From contig CAVPCR010000003.1 of assembly GCA_963702435.1 (NCBI GenBank), positions 256,001-320,000 of the forward strand: a stretch of DNA of 64,000 bases, read 5' to 3'. The translations under genes and the position numbers were made by a program. How positions within the stretch are numbered: position 1 is the stretch's first letter; each line of letters begins with the position of its first letter. The notes below the pieces were generated by a model. The model did not search any database. It was not told the DNA's origin and worked only from the letters and a program-made list of their open reading frames with translations. This document shows positions 20,290 to 30,517 of the stretch, one piece after another. The DNA comes from Candidatus Eiseniibacteriota bacterium (GTDB lineage: Bacteria; Eisenbacteria; RBG-16-71-46; CAVPCR01).

Positions 20290-21456
20290 TCAGCGCCCGG
20301 ACCGGCGCGGCGGTCCGGGCCGCCCCACCTCCCCGCTCACGACGAGGTCCGCGCCGAGACGCCTGACCCGGACGCCCGCGAGCCGGATCCCGGCGGCCAG
20401 ATCCCGGATGCCCAGGGCCCCGGCCCACGCCAGATGCTCGCCGCCGAGCACGAGCGGCGCCAGAAACAGCGTCAGGCGTCCTGCGAGCCCCCGGGAGAGC
20501 AGCCCGGTAGCCAGTCCGGCTCCACCCTCCACCAGGACCCGCCGGGCCCCACGTAGGGCCAGGAGCGCCATGGCCGCTCCGAGGTCGATCTCGTCCCCGC
20601 TTGCGACCCTTCCGCGCGGGCCGGGGATGGCCAGGATCTCGACCCCCGGCCGGACGAGCCGTCGCGCCCGCCGGCTGTCGGCGGCCTCCGGCGTCGTCAA
20701 GATCCAGGTCGGCGCCTGCCCGTCGGAGAGGACGCGGGCCGCGGGCGGCAGATCCAGCCGGCCGCTCACGACGACCCGCAGCGGGTTCGACCCGGGCACG
20801 TGGCGCACCGTGAGGGCAGGATCATCTTCTCGCACCGTGCCCGCCCCGACCACCACGGCGTCGGCCCGCGCCCGGAGGCGATGCGCCTCCCGGCGGGCCG
20901 GGGGCCCCGTGATCCAGCGGGCGGCGCCGCTCGCGAGCGCCAGGCGCCCGTCGAGGCTCGCCGCGAGCTTGAGCTCGACGAGCGGAAGCCCGGTCCTCTG
21001 GTAGTGATCGTAGGCCGCATTGAGCGCTCCCGCGGCCTCCGCCAGCACCCCCGTCTCGACCGCGACTCCGGCCCGGCGGAGCCGGCGGAGGCCCCGCCCG
21101 CGCACCCGCGGATCCAGATCGCGGGCGCCCACCACCACGCGGCGGATCCCCGCGGCGAGGAGCGCCGGCGTGCAGGGAGGCGTGAGCCCCGCGTGATCGC
21201 ACGGCTCGAGGGTGACGTACATCGTCGCCCCGCGGGCCGCGCGGCCCGCGCGGACGAGCGCCACGGCCTCGGCGTGCGGGCCGCCGCGCCGGCGGTGGTA
21301 GCCCTCGCCGACGATCCGCCCATCGCGCACGACGACCGCGCCGACGAACGGATTGGGATGGGGCCGGCCGCGCCGGGCCAGGGCGAGCGCGCGCAGCATG
21401 AACGCCCGATCGCGTTCGCTGCTCGCGCCTGCGCCTCCTCTCACCCGCGCCGTCAT
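20290..21456 (-). CDS. ribD: Bifunctional diaminohydroxyphosphoribosylaminopyrimidine deaminase/reductase
   Basis: [38 protein letters not shown]. Confidence 0.95.
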   Translation of the reverse strand: MTARVRGGAGASSERDRAFMLRALALARRGRPHPNPFVGAVVVRDGRIVGEGYHRRRGGPHAEAVALVRAGRAARGATMYVTLEPCDHAGLTPPCTPALLAAGIRRVVVGARDLDPRVRGRGLRRLRRAGVAVETGVLAEAAGALNAAYDHYQRTGLPLVELKLAASLDGRLALASGAARWITGPPARREAHRLRARADAVVVGAGTVREDDPALTVRHVPGSNPLRVVVSGRLDLPPAARVLSDGQAPTWILTTPEAADSRRARRLVRPGVEILAIPGPRGRVASGDEIDLGAAMALLALRGARRVLVEGGAGLATGLLSRGLAGRLTLFLAPLVLGGEHLAWAGALGIRDLAAGIRLAGVRVRRLGADLVVSGEVGRPGPPRRSGR

Positions 21457-21645
21457 GGTTCCCGTCCTTGCTGGTGCACGGCGATCGGCGCCGGCCGCCC
21501 GCGGTCCGCCGCGCCACCCTGGCCCTCCGCAGATTCCCACGCGCATGATCAAATTCCTGCGCGGTGGGCCGGAGGGATACAGGCGCCGCCGGCACGCCTG
21601 CCGAGCGCGAGCGGGGCGCCCGACGGCTGCATGCGAAAGCAGACG

Positions 21646-21674
21646 ATCGTACGCGCCGGCCGCGCGACCGTCAA
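21646..21674 (-). promoter_or_regulatory. Putative sigma70 promoter of the rib operon
   Basis: TTGACG-N17-TACGAT, about 190 nt upstream of ribD. Confidence 0.6.
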
Positions 21675-21848
21675 GGCGAGCGCCGCCTTTCACGTTGACC
21701 GGTCGGAACTTGGCGCGATACGCTGAGGCCGCCGTGGGCGCGCCCCTCGTGAGGACCGGCCCGGCGCGACCGGCGCCGTCCGTTCCGGCGCGGTCGCCGC
21801 GGCCTACCCGCAGCGGCGATCCGCAGGCGCCCGTGATGCATGCCTCCC

Positions 21849-22574
21849 ATGAGTGACGACCGCGAGCTCAAGCTCTCCATCATCATCCCGGCCTACAACG
21901 AGCGGGCGACGATCTCGACGATCATCGACCGCGTGAACCGGGTCGACCTGCCCAAGGAGATCATCGTCGTCGACGACGGCTCGCGCGACGGCACGGCCGA
22001 GGTTCTCCGCCAGAAGCTGGCCGGCCACGCCGTCAGCTTCGTGCACACATCGCTCGTCAACCTCGGCAAGGGCGCCTCGATCCGCTACGGGCTGCAGCAC
22101 GTCCGCGGCGACGTGGTCATCATCCAGGACGCGGATCTCGAGCTCGATCCCGAGGACTACCACCGGATCCTCGCCGCCTTTCGCGACCGGCGGGCCGACG
22201 TGGTGTACGGATCGCGCTTCCTCGAGCGCGGCTACTTCCGCGCCTATCCGGCGGTCAACTTCGGCAACAAGCTCGCCAACTTCGTCCTGGCCTGGGCGGT
22301 GCGCCTCCTCTGGCACGTCCACATCACCGACGAGGCCACCTCGTACAAGGCGTTCCGCACCGCGGTGATCAAGTCGATGGATCTCCGCTGCGTGGGCTTC
22401 GAGTTCTGCCCCGAGATCACGGCCAAGGTCCTCAACCGCGGCTACGTGATCCACGAGGTGCCGATCCACTACCATCCGCGCACGGTGGCCGAAGGCAAGA
22501 AGGTGCGGTGGTTCGACGGGGTGAAGGCGCTCTATGTCCTCCTCAAGTACCGCTTCGTCGCGCGGAACGAGTGA
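21849..22574 (+). CDS. Glycosyltransferase family 2 (polyprenyl-phosphate sugar synthase / DPM1-like)
   Basis: IIIPAYNE, VVDDGSRDGT, GKG, QDADLE, VYGSRF, EGKK. Confidence 0.9.
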   Translation: MSDDRELKLSIIIPAYNERATISTIIDRVNRVDLPKEIIVVDDGSRDGTAEVLRQKLAGHAVSFVHTSLVNLGKGASIRYGLQHVRGDVVIIQDADLELDPEDYHRILAAFRDRRADVVYGSRFLERGYFRAYPAVNFGNKLANFVLAWAVRLLWHVHITDEATSYKAFRTAVIKSMDLRCVGFEFCPEITAKVLNRGYVIHEVPIHYHPRTVAEGKKVRWFDGVKALYVLLKYRFVARNE

Positions 22575-24177
22575 CGGCGGGACGGCCCGCCGCCCGGCAG
22601 GCCGCGCCGCCCTCCCCGGCCGCCTCTTCGTCTTCTCCCTCCTCGCCTATCTCCTGCTCGGGAGCGGCCTGATCGCCTCCTCGGACGGCCTGACCATGTA
22701 CACGCTCGCCGAGAGCATGCTCGCCGGGCGGCTCGCGATCCCCGAGGGGAACGGCAAGATCGGGCGGGACGGGCTCCTCTACGCGAAGGCCGACCCCGGG
22801 CAGGCGGTGATCGCGCTCCCGCTCGTCGCCGCCGGCCGGGCGAGCGCGGCGCTCCTTCCCCCCGGCGCGCTCCGCGCGCTCTGGCCGCGGAGCCTGGCCT
22901 CGACCCTGAACGCCTTCGCCGGGGCGGCCGCCGTCCTCGCCTTCTTCTCGCTCCTGACGGCCCTCGGTTACCCGACCCGGTCCTCGCTCGTCCTCTGCCT
23001 GGGCCTCGCCTTCGCGACCCCGCTCCTCCCCTACGCGAAGTCGTTCCTCCGCGAGCCGCTCCTCATGCTGTGCATGACCGCCGCGTTCCTCGCTCTGCGC
23101 CGCCACGCCGCCGCCGCGGCGAGCGGGAACGCTCTCTTCGCCCGGTCGCGGGAGCCTCTCGCCGCCGGGCTCTGGCTCGGCGCGGGGATGGTGATCAAGG
23201 CGAGTCTCGCCCTGAACGTCCCCCTCCTCCTCGCCTACCTCATGGCGACCACGCGGCAGCACCCGGGCTGCCGGCGGGCGATCCTCTCCTTCCTCGCGGG
23301 GCCCGCCGCCGGCGCGGCGCTCCTCGCGCTCTACAACGCGCACCGTTTCGGAAACCCGATGACGAGCGGCTACGACCCGACCGTCGACAACTTCTCGACG
23401 CCGCTTCTCGTCGGCCTCTACGGCCAGCTCTTGAGCTCGGGGAAGAGCATCTTCCTCTACGCACCGCTCGGCATCGCCGCGCTCTTCGCCCTCCCCGCCT
23501 TCGCCCGCCGCCACCGCGCGGAGGCGGCGACCGCGCTCGCGATCTTCACCGCCAATGTCGTCTTCCACGCCAAGTTCGCCTCGTGGGCGGGCGAAGGGAG
23601 CTGGGGCCCGCGCTACATCGTTCCCTTCCTTCCCTTCCTCCTGCTCCCGGCGATCGAGCTCGCGGCGGCCGCCGACCGCGCGCGGCGGCGGGCCGCAGCG
23701 CTCGCGCTCGCCCTCGGTCTCCTCGTCCAGATCGGCGGCACCGCCATCTACTACGGCTCGTACATGCGCGATCTCGGGGAGTACCCCTACGAGCGCAACT
23801 TCTCGGACCCCCTGTTCATGGTGCGCTCGCACTTCGTGCCGAACTACAGCCCGCTGGTCGGGCACTGGCGGCTCCTCAACCGCAACGCCGCCCTCCTCCT
23901 CGATCCGGCGCTCCGCCCGCAGCTCACGCCGCGGACCGATGTCGCAGGACGGTTGCCGCTGGCGGCGGCCGACCGCGAAGAGCTGCGCTACGTCGTGGAT
24001 TTCTGGTTCTGCTACCTGCTCTACGCCCGGATGCCGGCCGCGCTCATCCTGGTCCCGCTCGCCGCGCTCCTCGCGCTCACGCTCGGGGCCGGCGTGGGGC
24101 TCGCGCGGGCCGCGCGCGCAGCACCCGGCCAGGGCTTCGACGAGGCCGCGCCACGGCACCCGGCGGGGCCGCGCTAG
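22534..24177 (+). CDS. Polytopic membrane protein, probable GT-C glycosyltransferase (start uncertain)
   Basis: About 10 TMs, acidic residue in the first loop (SSDG), YAKSFLREP, SWGPRYIVP; directly after the GT2. Confidence 0.65.
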   Translation: MSSSSTASSRGTSDGGTARRPAGRAALPGRLFVFSLLAYLLLGSGLIASSDGLTMYTLAESMLAGRLAIPEGNGKIGRDGLLYAKADPGQAVIALPLVAAGRASAALLPPGALRALWPRSLASTLNAFAGAAAVLAFFSLLTALGYPTRSSLVLCLGLAFATPLLPYAKSFLREPLLMLCMTAAFLALRRHAAAAASGNALFARSREPLAAGLWLGAGMVIKASLALNVPLLLAYLMATTRQHPGCRRAILSFLAGPAAGAALLALYNAHRFGNPMTSGYDPTVDNFSTPLLVGLYGQLLSSGKSIFLYAPLGIAALFALPAFARRHRAEAATALAIFTANVVFHAKFASWAGEGSWGPRYIVPFLPFLLLPAIELAAAADRARRRAAALALALGLLVQIGGTAIYYGSYMRDLGEYPYERNFSDPLFMVRSHFVPNYSPLVGHWRLLNRNAALLLDPALRPQLTPRTDVAGRLPLAAADREELRYVVDFWFCYLLYARMPAALILVPLAALLALTLGAGVGLARAARAAPGQGFDEAAPRHPAGPR

Positions 24178-25505
24178 GGCGCGCAGGGCAGGCGGGCGCC
24201 GGCCGCGGCGAGTGAATCGGCGCGCGGGTCGTCCGGGAAGCGGCTAAGGAAGTCGCGGATCCGCGCGGCGAGGAGCCGGCAATCGGCGGGTTCCGCCGGA
24301 GCGCTCGCCGCCGCCTCCGGTTCGTCCGTCCCCGCTCCCACCGTGAGCTCGATCGCGCGCGCCGCCCACGACGCGGCGAGCTCGACCTCCGCCTCCTCGC
24401 GCGAGAAACGCTCGTAGAGCGCGGCGAGGTTCCGCGCGCTCGCCCGATCGGGATCGGGGCCGGCCGCCGCCTCGGCCGCCGCGAGGCGGAGCGCCCGCGC
24501 CCCGCGGGCGCCCGGCGAGGGATCCCCCGCCGGCCAGGTCGCGAGCAGCGAATCGAGCACCACCCCCGCCCTGGCCGGCTCGCCGCGCGCGAGGAGATCG
24601 CGCGCCGGAGCCAGGTCCGCGGGTGAGGGGAACGACCCGACCCGGTAGTCCCCCTCGCTCTTCATCACGCTCGAGCCGACGGCGCTGCGCCCGCCCCGAA
24701 AGTGGGCTGCATCCGCGGCGCCGGGCGCCGCGCGAGCCGGCGCGGCCCGTTCGGTCTCGACCCAGCTCTCCGTCAGGACGGCCTCGTTCGCCGGTGCCGC
24801 GGCCGGCGGTACGGCCGGCGCCAGGCGCGACGGGGAGGACGGCATGATGTCGCCCTCGTCCCGTGCGCCCTCCGCAGCGCTCTTCGCCATCGTCTGGAGC
24901 TTGCCGGCCGCGCCCGGCTCGCTTGCCGGCGCCGGCGCCCGCGCCTCGCCGGCCCCTCCCGCGCGCGCGTCATCGCTCCCCGCCACGGGGGCGTCGCGAT
25001 GGCCGGCATCACCGGCATCAGCATCACCGGCATCAGATGTGCTCTGCAGCGTGGCCGGCGGGGTCTCGCGGCTCCGCGCCGCTTCGTCCTCCCTCCGGCT
25101 CCCCATGAAGGTCACCGACTCGAAGCGCAGGACGAGGAGGAGAACCACGGCCGCCGCCGCCACCGGCACGAGCCGCGGCCAGGTGAGGCCCCCGACCCGC
25201 GATCGCCACCCCCGCCGCGCGTGAACCGGAGCTCGCTCCGGCCCCGGAGCGCCCTCCGGAGCGGCCTCCGCGGCGATCTGCGTGCGCACACGCGCCGCAA
25301 GCGCACCGAGCGCGGCCACCGACGGCTCGGCCGCGTCGAGCGCGAGCACCGCCCGATCGCCGTGCTCGAGCGCGGCGTACTCGGCCTGACACCCGGCGCA
25401 GGCGGCCAGATGCGCGGCGACCGCCGCCGCCTCGTGGGGAGCAAGCTCCCGATCCGCGTACGCGCCGAGCAGCGCCCGGACATCGCGGCAATCTCGCACT
25501 TTCAT
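24174..25505 (-). CDS. Zinc-finger (zf-HC2) anti-sigma factor with TM and long extracytoplasmic region
   Basis: C..V..LL.AYAD.EL..HLAACAGC, then a TM; overlaps the sigma stop codon. Confidence 0.85.
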   Translation of the reverse strand: MKVRDCRDVRALLGAYADRELAPHEAAAVAAHLAACAGCQAEYAALEHGDRAVLALDAAEPSVAALGALAARVRTQIAAEAAPEGAPGPERAPVHARRGWRSRVGGLTWPRLVPVAAAAVVLLLVLRFESVTFMGSRREDEAARSRETPPATLQSTSDAGDADAGDAGHRDAPVAGSDDARAGGAGEARAPAPASEPGAAGKLQTMAKSAAEGARDEGDIMPSSPSRLAPAVPPAAAPANEAVLTESWVETERAAPARAAPGAADAAHFRGGRSAVGSSVMKSEGDYRVGSFPSPADLAPARDLLARGEPARAGVVLDSLLATWPAGDPSPGARGARALRLAAAEAAAGPDPDRASARNLAALYERFSREEAEVELAASWAARAIELTVGAGTDEPEAAASAPAEPADCRLLAARIRDFLSRFPDDPRADSLAAAGARLPCAP

Positions 25506-26200
25506 CGGTAGTCCTCGCCGGCGCGTCCCCGATCGCGCTCGTCATCCAGCTCGCGGCGCAGCGCCGCCCGCGCCCGCGCCAGGCGCGACATCACCGTGCC
25601 CCGCGGGATCGCGAGCACGGTCGCGATCTCGTCGTACTCGAGCCCCTCGCGCACCCGGAGCCAGAGGATCGCCTGGTGATCCCGTTCGAGGCGACCGAAG
25701 GCGCTCTCGGCCCGCCGCCTGAGCTCCTCTCCCGCGGCCACGCTCTCGGGAGAAGGATCCGGACTCGGGATCGGCAGGACCGTCCCGGCCTCGTCCACCA
25801 GGGGAACCGGGCTCGGCCGCACCTTCCGGCGCCGCCAGGCATCGCGCGCCAGGTTCAAGGCGATGGTCAGGAGCCAGGGGCGAAACGGCTCTCCTCGCTT
25901 GAACTTGCCGAGCGCAGTGAAAGCCCGGACGAAGGTCTCCTGGACCAGATCATCCCGATCATCGGGATCGCTCACCAGACGTCCGATGACTCGCGTGACC
26001 AGGGCGCCGTAGGCATGCACCAGGGCAGCGAAGGCGGCGCTGTCTCCCTGCGAGGCAGCCACGACCCAGCCCGCCACGAGCGCGGGGTCCGGACCCCGCT
26101 CCGGGGCGAACCGGGCACCCGCGGCCGCCGCCGGAGCGGGCGCCGCCGGAGCGCCGGCCGTGGCCGGGCGGGGCAACGGTGGCGACGGCTCCCTTCGCAT
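25502..26200 (-). CDS. ECF RNA polymerase sigma factor
   Basis: GDSAAFAALV, DLVQETFVRAF, FRPWLLTIALNLARD, EGLEYDEIA..GTVMSRLARAR. Confidence 0.92.
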   Translation of the reverse strand: MRREPSPPLPRPATAGAPAAPAPAAAAGARFAPERGPDPALVAGWVVAASQGDSAAFAALVHAYGALVTRVIGRLVSDPDDRDDLVQETFVRAFTALGKFKRGEPFRPWLLTIALNLARDAWRRRKVRPSPVPLVDEAGTVLPIPSPDPSPESVAAGEELRRRAESAFGRLERDHQAILWLRVREGLEYDEIATVLAIPRGTVMSRLARARAALRRELDDERDRGRAGEDYR

Positions 26201-26209
26201 CCAGTCCCT

Positions 26210-26236
26210 TGTACGCGGGAGAGGGCCCGATATTCC
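26210..26236 (-). promoter_or_regulatory. Putative autoregulatory ECF promoter
   Basis: GGAAT-N16-CGTACA just upstream of the sigma ATG. Confidence 0.45.
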
Positions 26237-26279
26237 CGGGCCGACGACCGGCGAGTCCGGGGCGATCGAGGTCCCGCGG

Positions 26280-26477
26280 CTAGCGCGGCCGCTCCCCCGG
26301 CTCACCGATTGGGTGGCTGGTCGCGTCGATGATGTCGCGGGGATCGAGCTCCGGGATCGAGCGCCGCGCCGGCGGCGGCGGCACCGGGCGCGGTGGCCGG
26401 CGCGTGCCGCGGAAGAGCCGGAGCAGGGTCACGCCGAGCAAGAAGTAGAGGATCGCGCGGAGGAGGTAGGCCCACAT
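26280..26477 (-). CDS. Small hypothetical membrane protein (65 aa)
   Basis: MWAYLLRAILYFLLGVTLLRLF TM, Pro-rich linker, LDPRDIIDA tail. Confidence 0.55.
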   Translation of the reverse strand: MWAYLLRAILYFLLGVTLLRLFRGTRRPPRPVPPPPARRSIPELDPRDIIDATSHPIGEPGERPR

Positions 26478-26586
26478 GATTCTGGCGACCGGCGCGCTTC
26501 CGCCCTCCCCTCCGGAGAGCCGGAGACAACGCTCGCGCATGCTACCACCGGGGGCCGGCATCGACAATCGGCGCCGGCGGCGGTGG

Positions 26587-28314
26587 ATGCGCGTGCCGCT
26601 GGAGCTCCGTCGCGTCCTCGCGCCGCGCCGCGCCCTCGCCGCCGCCGCCCTGCTCCTCCAGCTCGCCGCCACGGGGCCGCTCGGCGCCGCGCCGCTCGCC
26701 GGCGACAGCCCGGCCGCGGACAGCGTCGGCGCACGCCTTCGCAACTTCCACGATGTGCTCCGGCTCGTCCGCGCCAACTACGTGGACGAGGTGGATGCGC
26801 CGGCCCTCGTCGACGCGGCGATCGCGAGCCTCCTCACCGGGCTCGACCCGCACTCGAACTACATCGATCCCCGGCGCTTCGAGCAGATCAGCGAGCGCAA
26901 CCGCGGCGACTACGACGGCATCGGGATCTCCTTCGCGCTCCGCGGCGGCGAGATCGTCGTCGTCTCCGCCATCGAGGGGACCCCCGGCGACCGGCTCGGC
27001 ATCCGGCCCGGCGACACGATCGTCGAGATCGACGGCGAGCTAGCTCGCGACTGGGACGAGAATCAGGTCTTCGCGCGCCTCCGCGGGCCGGAGGGATCGC
27101 GGGTGCGGCTGGGCATCCGGAGCGCCGGCACGGCGGAGATCATGGCGGTCGAGATCGTGCGGGCCCGCATCCCGATCAAGAGCGTGCCCTACTGGTTCAT
27201 GCTCGACGGCGAGACCGGGTACATCCGCATGATCCGCTTCTCGGCGACGAGCGCCGAGGAGATCGCAACGGCTCTCGCCGAGCTCTCGCGCGCCGGGATG
27301 CGACAGCTCCTCCTCGACCTCCGCGGGAACCCCGGCGGCTACCTCGAGCAGGCCGTGGCGATCGCCGACCAGCTCATCCCCGGCGATCGACTGGTCGTGG
27401 CGACCCGCGGGCGCGTCCTCGGTGCGAGCGGAGAGCACCGCACCACCGGGAGCGCGCGGTATGCCGATCTGCCGCTCGTCGTCCTCATCAACCACGGCAC
27501 CGCCTCGGCGGCCGAGATCGTGGCCGGCGCCGTCCAGGACTGGGACCGCGGCCTGGTCGCCGGCGTGACGAGCTTCGGCAAGGGACTCGTCCAGCGCCAG
27601 TACCGGCTCGCCGACGGGTCCGCCCTCTTCCTGACCGTCGGCCGGTACTACACGCCGGCCGGGCGCCTGATCCAGCGCGACTATGCGGCGGACAAGGTGA
27701 GCTACTACGCCGCGGCCTACGACGACGTGGACCCCAACGCCGCGCCGACCGACTCGGCCGATGCCGCGTGCTCGCGCCACCTCACCGCCGCCGGACGGGT
27801 GGTGCGGGGCGGCGGCGGCATCACCCCCGATGTCCCGCTCGAGCCCGCAGCGGCGAGCGACCGCATCTCGGCCCTCGAGCGCACCCAGGTGGCGTTCACC
27901 TTCGCCAACCGCTACCTTGTGGAGAGCGGCTTTGCCTACCCGGAGGGGAGCTCGCACTTCCTCGCCCACTACGAACCGGATGAGGAGGTCTGGAAGGCCT
28001 TCCTCGAGCACGCCGCAGGGGCGGATCTCAAGCTCGGGGGGGCGGATCTCGCGGCCGAGCGGCCGGCGATCCTCGCCAGCGTGAAGCAGGAGATGGCCGG
28101 CCGCCTGTGGGGGCCCACCGCGCGCTACCGGGTCCTGATCGCGAACGATGCCGTCGTCGCTCGCGCGCGGGAGCTCTTCCCGGAGGCGAGTGCGCTCCTC
28201 GCCCTCGATGCCGCGATGGACGACGCGCCCGGCCCCGCCCCGACCCTGGATCCGGCCCTTCCCAGGGAGACCCGCCCGGGTGAGAATCTCCGGGGTAGAC
28301 AGCTGGATGACTGA
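26587..28314 (+). CDS. S41 family carboxyl-terminal protease (PDZ)
   Basis: LDPHSNY, GIGI, LRGPEGS, LDLRGNPGG, TASAAEI (Ser), SFGKGLVQ (Lys), GGGITPD. Confidence 0.92.
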   Translation: MRVPLELRRVLAPRRALAAAALLLQLAATGPLGAAPLAGDSPAADSVGARLRNFHDVLRLVRANYVDEVDAPALVDAAIASLLTGLDPHSNYIDPRRFEQISERNRGDYDGIGISFALRGGEIVVVSAIEGTPGDRLGIRPGDTIVEIDGELARDWDENQVFARLRGPEGSRVRLGIRSAGTAEIMAVEIVRARIPIKSVPYWFMLDGETGYIRMIRFSATSAEEIATALAELSRAGMRQLLLDLRGNPGGYLEQAVAIADQLIPGDRLVVATRGRVLGASGEHRTTGSARYADLPLVVLINHGTASAAEIVAGAVQDWDRGLVAGVTSFGKGLVQRQYRLADGSALFLTVGRYYTPAGRLIQRDYAADKVSYYAAAYDDVDPNAAPTDSADAACSRHLTAAGRVVRGGGGITPDVPLEPAAASDRISALERTQVAFTFANRYLVESGFAYPEGSSHFLAHYEPDEEVWKAFLEHAAGADLKLGGADLAAERPAILASVKQEMAGRLWGPTARYRVLIANDAVVARARELFPEASALLALDAAMDDAPGPAPTLDPALPRETRPGENLRGRQLDD

Positions 28315-28376
28315 CCCCCGTGAGGGGCCCCCGGGACCGCTCGGACGACGGCGGCGCGTGCCGCCCGAGGAAGGAC

Positions 28377-30038
28377 ATGTCTGCGATGCAGAGGCTCTGG
28401 CTTTCGCTCTCCCTTCTCTCCTGGCTCCTCGCCGCCGGCGGCGCCACCGCGGTCTTCGCCGCCGACCCCGCCGCCGAGGAGAACCTGCTCGAGCGGCTGC
28501 GCACGTTCAACGACATCCTTCGCCTCGTGCGCGCGAACTACGTGGACGATGTGGATGCGGCGGCCCTCATGGACGGCGCGATCGACGGCCTCCTCGAGGA
28601 TCTCGACCCGCACTCGAACTACGTGGACGCCAAGCGCTCGGCCGAGATGAACGAGCGCTACCGCGGCGAGTACTTCGGCATCGGCATCTCCTTCGCCATC
28701 CGCGACGGCTACCTCACCGTCATCTCCCCGATCGAGGGCAGCCCGTCCGATCGCCTCGGCATCCGGGCCGGCGACCGCGTCGTCAAGATCAACGGCGAGT
28801 CGGCGATGGGCATCAGCGAGAACGAGGTGTTCGAGAAGCTGCGCGGGCCCGAGGGCACGACCGTGCACGTCTCGATCCAGCGCCCCGGCCGCGAGGAGCT
28901 GATCGAGCTCGACATCACGCGCGAGCGGATCGCGCTGAAGAGCGTGCCCTATGCCTTCATGCTGGACCGGGAGACCGGCTACGTGCGCATGGTCCTCTTC
29001 TCCGCCACCACCGGCCAGGAGCTCGATGCTGCGCTCGGCACCCTCGAAGGGGCCGGCATGAAGCGGCTCGTCCTCGATCTCCGCGGCAATGCCGGCGGGC
29101 TCCTCGAGCAGGCGGTCGAGGTCGCCGACAAGTTCATCGACGGGCGGAAGCTCCTCGTCTTCCAGAAGGGGCGCGTCGGCGGCGCCAGCGAAGAGCACTA
29201 TGGGACCGACGCCGATCGCCATCCGCGCGTCCCGCTCATCGTCCTCATCGACCACGGCAGCGCCTCCGCCTCGGAGATCGTGGCGGGCGCGGTCCAGGAC
29301 TGGGATCGCGGGCTCGTCGCCGGCCAGACGAGCTTCGGGAAGGGGCTCGTCCAGCGCCAGTTCCGGCTGCGCGACGGGTCGGCCCTCTTCCTCACCATCG
29401 CCCGCTACTACACGCCGAGCGGCCGCTTGATCCAGCGCGACTACGTGGCCGGCGACCGCACGGAGTACTACGCCGAGGGTCTCGACGACGAGGACCCGAA
29501 CGCCACGCCCGATTCGGCGGCGGCCCGTCCCATCTTCCACACGGCGTCCGGGCGCGCGGTCTACGGCGGGGGCGGGATCACGCCGGACGTCGCGATCGAG
29601 CCGCCGACCTTCACGCCGGCCCAGGAGACGATCGAGCGGGCGAGCCTCCCCTTCACCTTCGCCAACGCCTACGTCGGGCAGAGCGGGTTCAGCTACCCGG
29701 CCGGCTTCGAGCGCTTCCTCGCCGACTACGAGATGGACGACGCGACCTGGCGGGAGTTCCTCGACCATGCGGCGAAGAGCGACGCGAAGCTCACCCGCGA
29801 GGAGCTCACGGCGGAGCGGCCCTACGTCGCGCGCAGCGTCAAGCGGGAGATCGCCGGGAACGTGTGGGGGCCGACCGAGCGCTACCGCGTGCTCCTCGCG
29901 AGCGACCCGGTGCTCAAGGAAGCGCGCACGCTCTTCCCGCAGGCGAGCGAGTTCCTGGCGCTCACCGCCAAGGATGACGGCCTGCCGGGCGCCGGCGAGC
30001 GCGGTCCGAGCCCGGTGCCGCGCAGCGCGAAGAACTAG
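28377..30038 (+). CDS. S41 family carboxyl-terminal protease (PDZ), tandem paralog
   Basis: Signal peptide, LDPHSNY, LDLRGNAGG, SASASEI, SFGKGLVQ, YYTPSGR. Confidence 0.93.
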   Translation: MSAMQRLWLSLSLLSWLLAAGGATAVFAADPAAEENLLERLRTFNDILRLVRANYVDDVDAAALMDGAIDGLLEDLDPHSNYVDAKRSAEMNERYRGEYFGIGISFAIRDGYLTVISPIEGSPSDRLGIRAGDRVVKINGESAMGISENEVFEKLRGPEGTTVHVSIQRPGREELIELDITRERIALKSVPYAFMLDRETGYVRMVLFSATTGQELDAALGTLEGAGMKRLVLDLRGNAGGLLEQAVEVADKFIDGRKLLVFQKGRVGGASEEHYGTDADRHPRVPLIVLIDHGSASASEIVAGAVQDWDRGLVAGQTSFGKGLVQRQFRLRDGSALFLTIARYYTPSGRLIQRDYVAGDRTEYYAEGLDDEDPNATPDSAAARPIFHTASGRAVYGGGGITPDVAIEPPTFTPAQETIERASLPFTFANAYVGQSGFSYPAGFERFLADYEMDDATWREFLDHAAKSDAKLTREELTAERPYVARSVKREIAGNVWGPTERYRVLLASDPVLKEARTLFPQASEFLALTAKDDGLPGAGERGPSPVPRSAKN

Positions 30039-30044
30039 GCGCGA

Positions 30045-30443
30045 TCAGTCCCCGGACTCGGGGGCCGGCGCCTCGCCGCCGGCCTCGCCGCCGCGCTCGA
30101 GCGACTCGAGGTACTCGGTGACCAGCGCGAGCGCCTGCTCGTAGTCCTCGGGCGCCACCAGCACCTGCCCCCAGTATCCCGTCAGGTTGCTCATGAGACC
30201 GTCGGCCCACGGGATCTGGCCCGAGCGGACGAGGCTCCGGATCTCCTCGGCGGCGAGCACGCGCTCGACCGCGAGGGCCGAGAACTCGTCGGGAGCGCGG
30301 TACACGGCGCGCAGCTCGACCCACACCAGCTCGCGATCCGGCTCCTCGCTCTCGGCGCCCGGCTCGAGCCGGGCGCGGCAGGGCCAGCACACATCGGCGT
30401 GTTCGGCATACTCGGTGTGGCAGCGCGGACAGCGTCGGGCCAT
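30045..30443 (-). CDS. Zn-ribbon plus DUF2007 (putative signal-transducing) protein
   Basis: CPRC..CWPC, then A..E..A..V..VLAAEEI...VLVAPEDYEQA. Confidence 0.7.
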   Translation of the reverse strand: MARRCPRCHTEYAEHADVCWPCRARLEPGAESEEPDRELVWVELRAVYRAPDEFSALAVERVLAAEEIRSLVRSGQIPWADGLMSNLTGYWGQVLVAPEDYEQALALVTEYLESLERGGEAGGEAPAPESGD

Positions 30444-30517
30444 GGCGTTCCGGTCGGCGGCTCTCTTGGTGTCCCGGCGGAAGGGGCGGGCGCTCGCGTC
30501 GAACGAGCGCCAAGGTG

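Noticed and set aside
21457..21645. FMN or TPP riboswitch upstream of ribD
   Set aside because: The conserved RFN segments are absent; only a short GCGTGGGAA resembles TPP and the CTGAGA core is missing.
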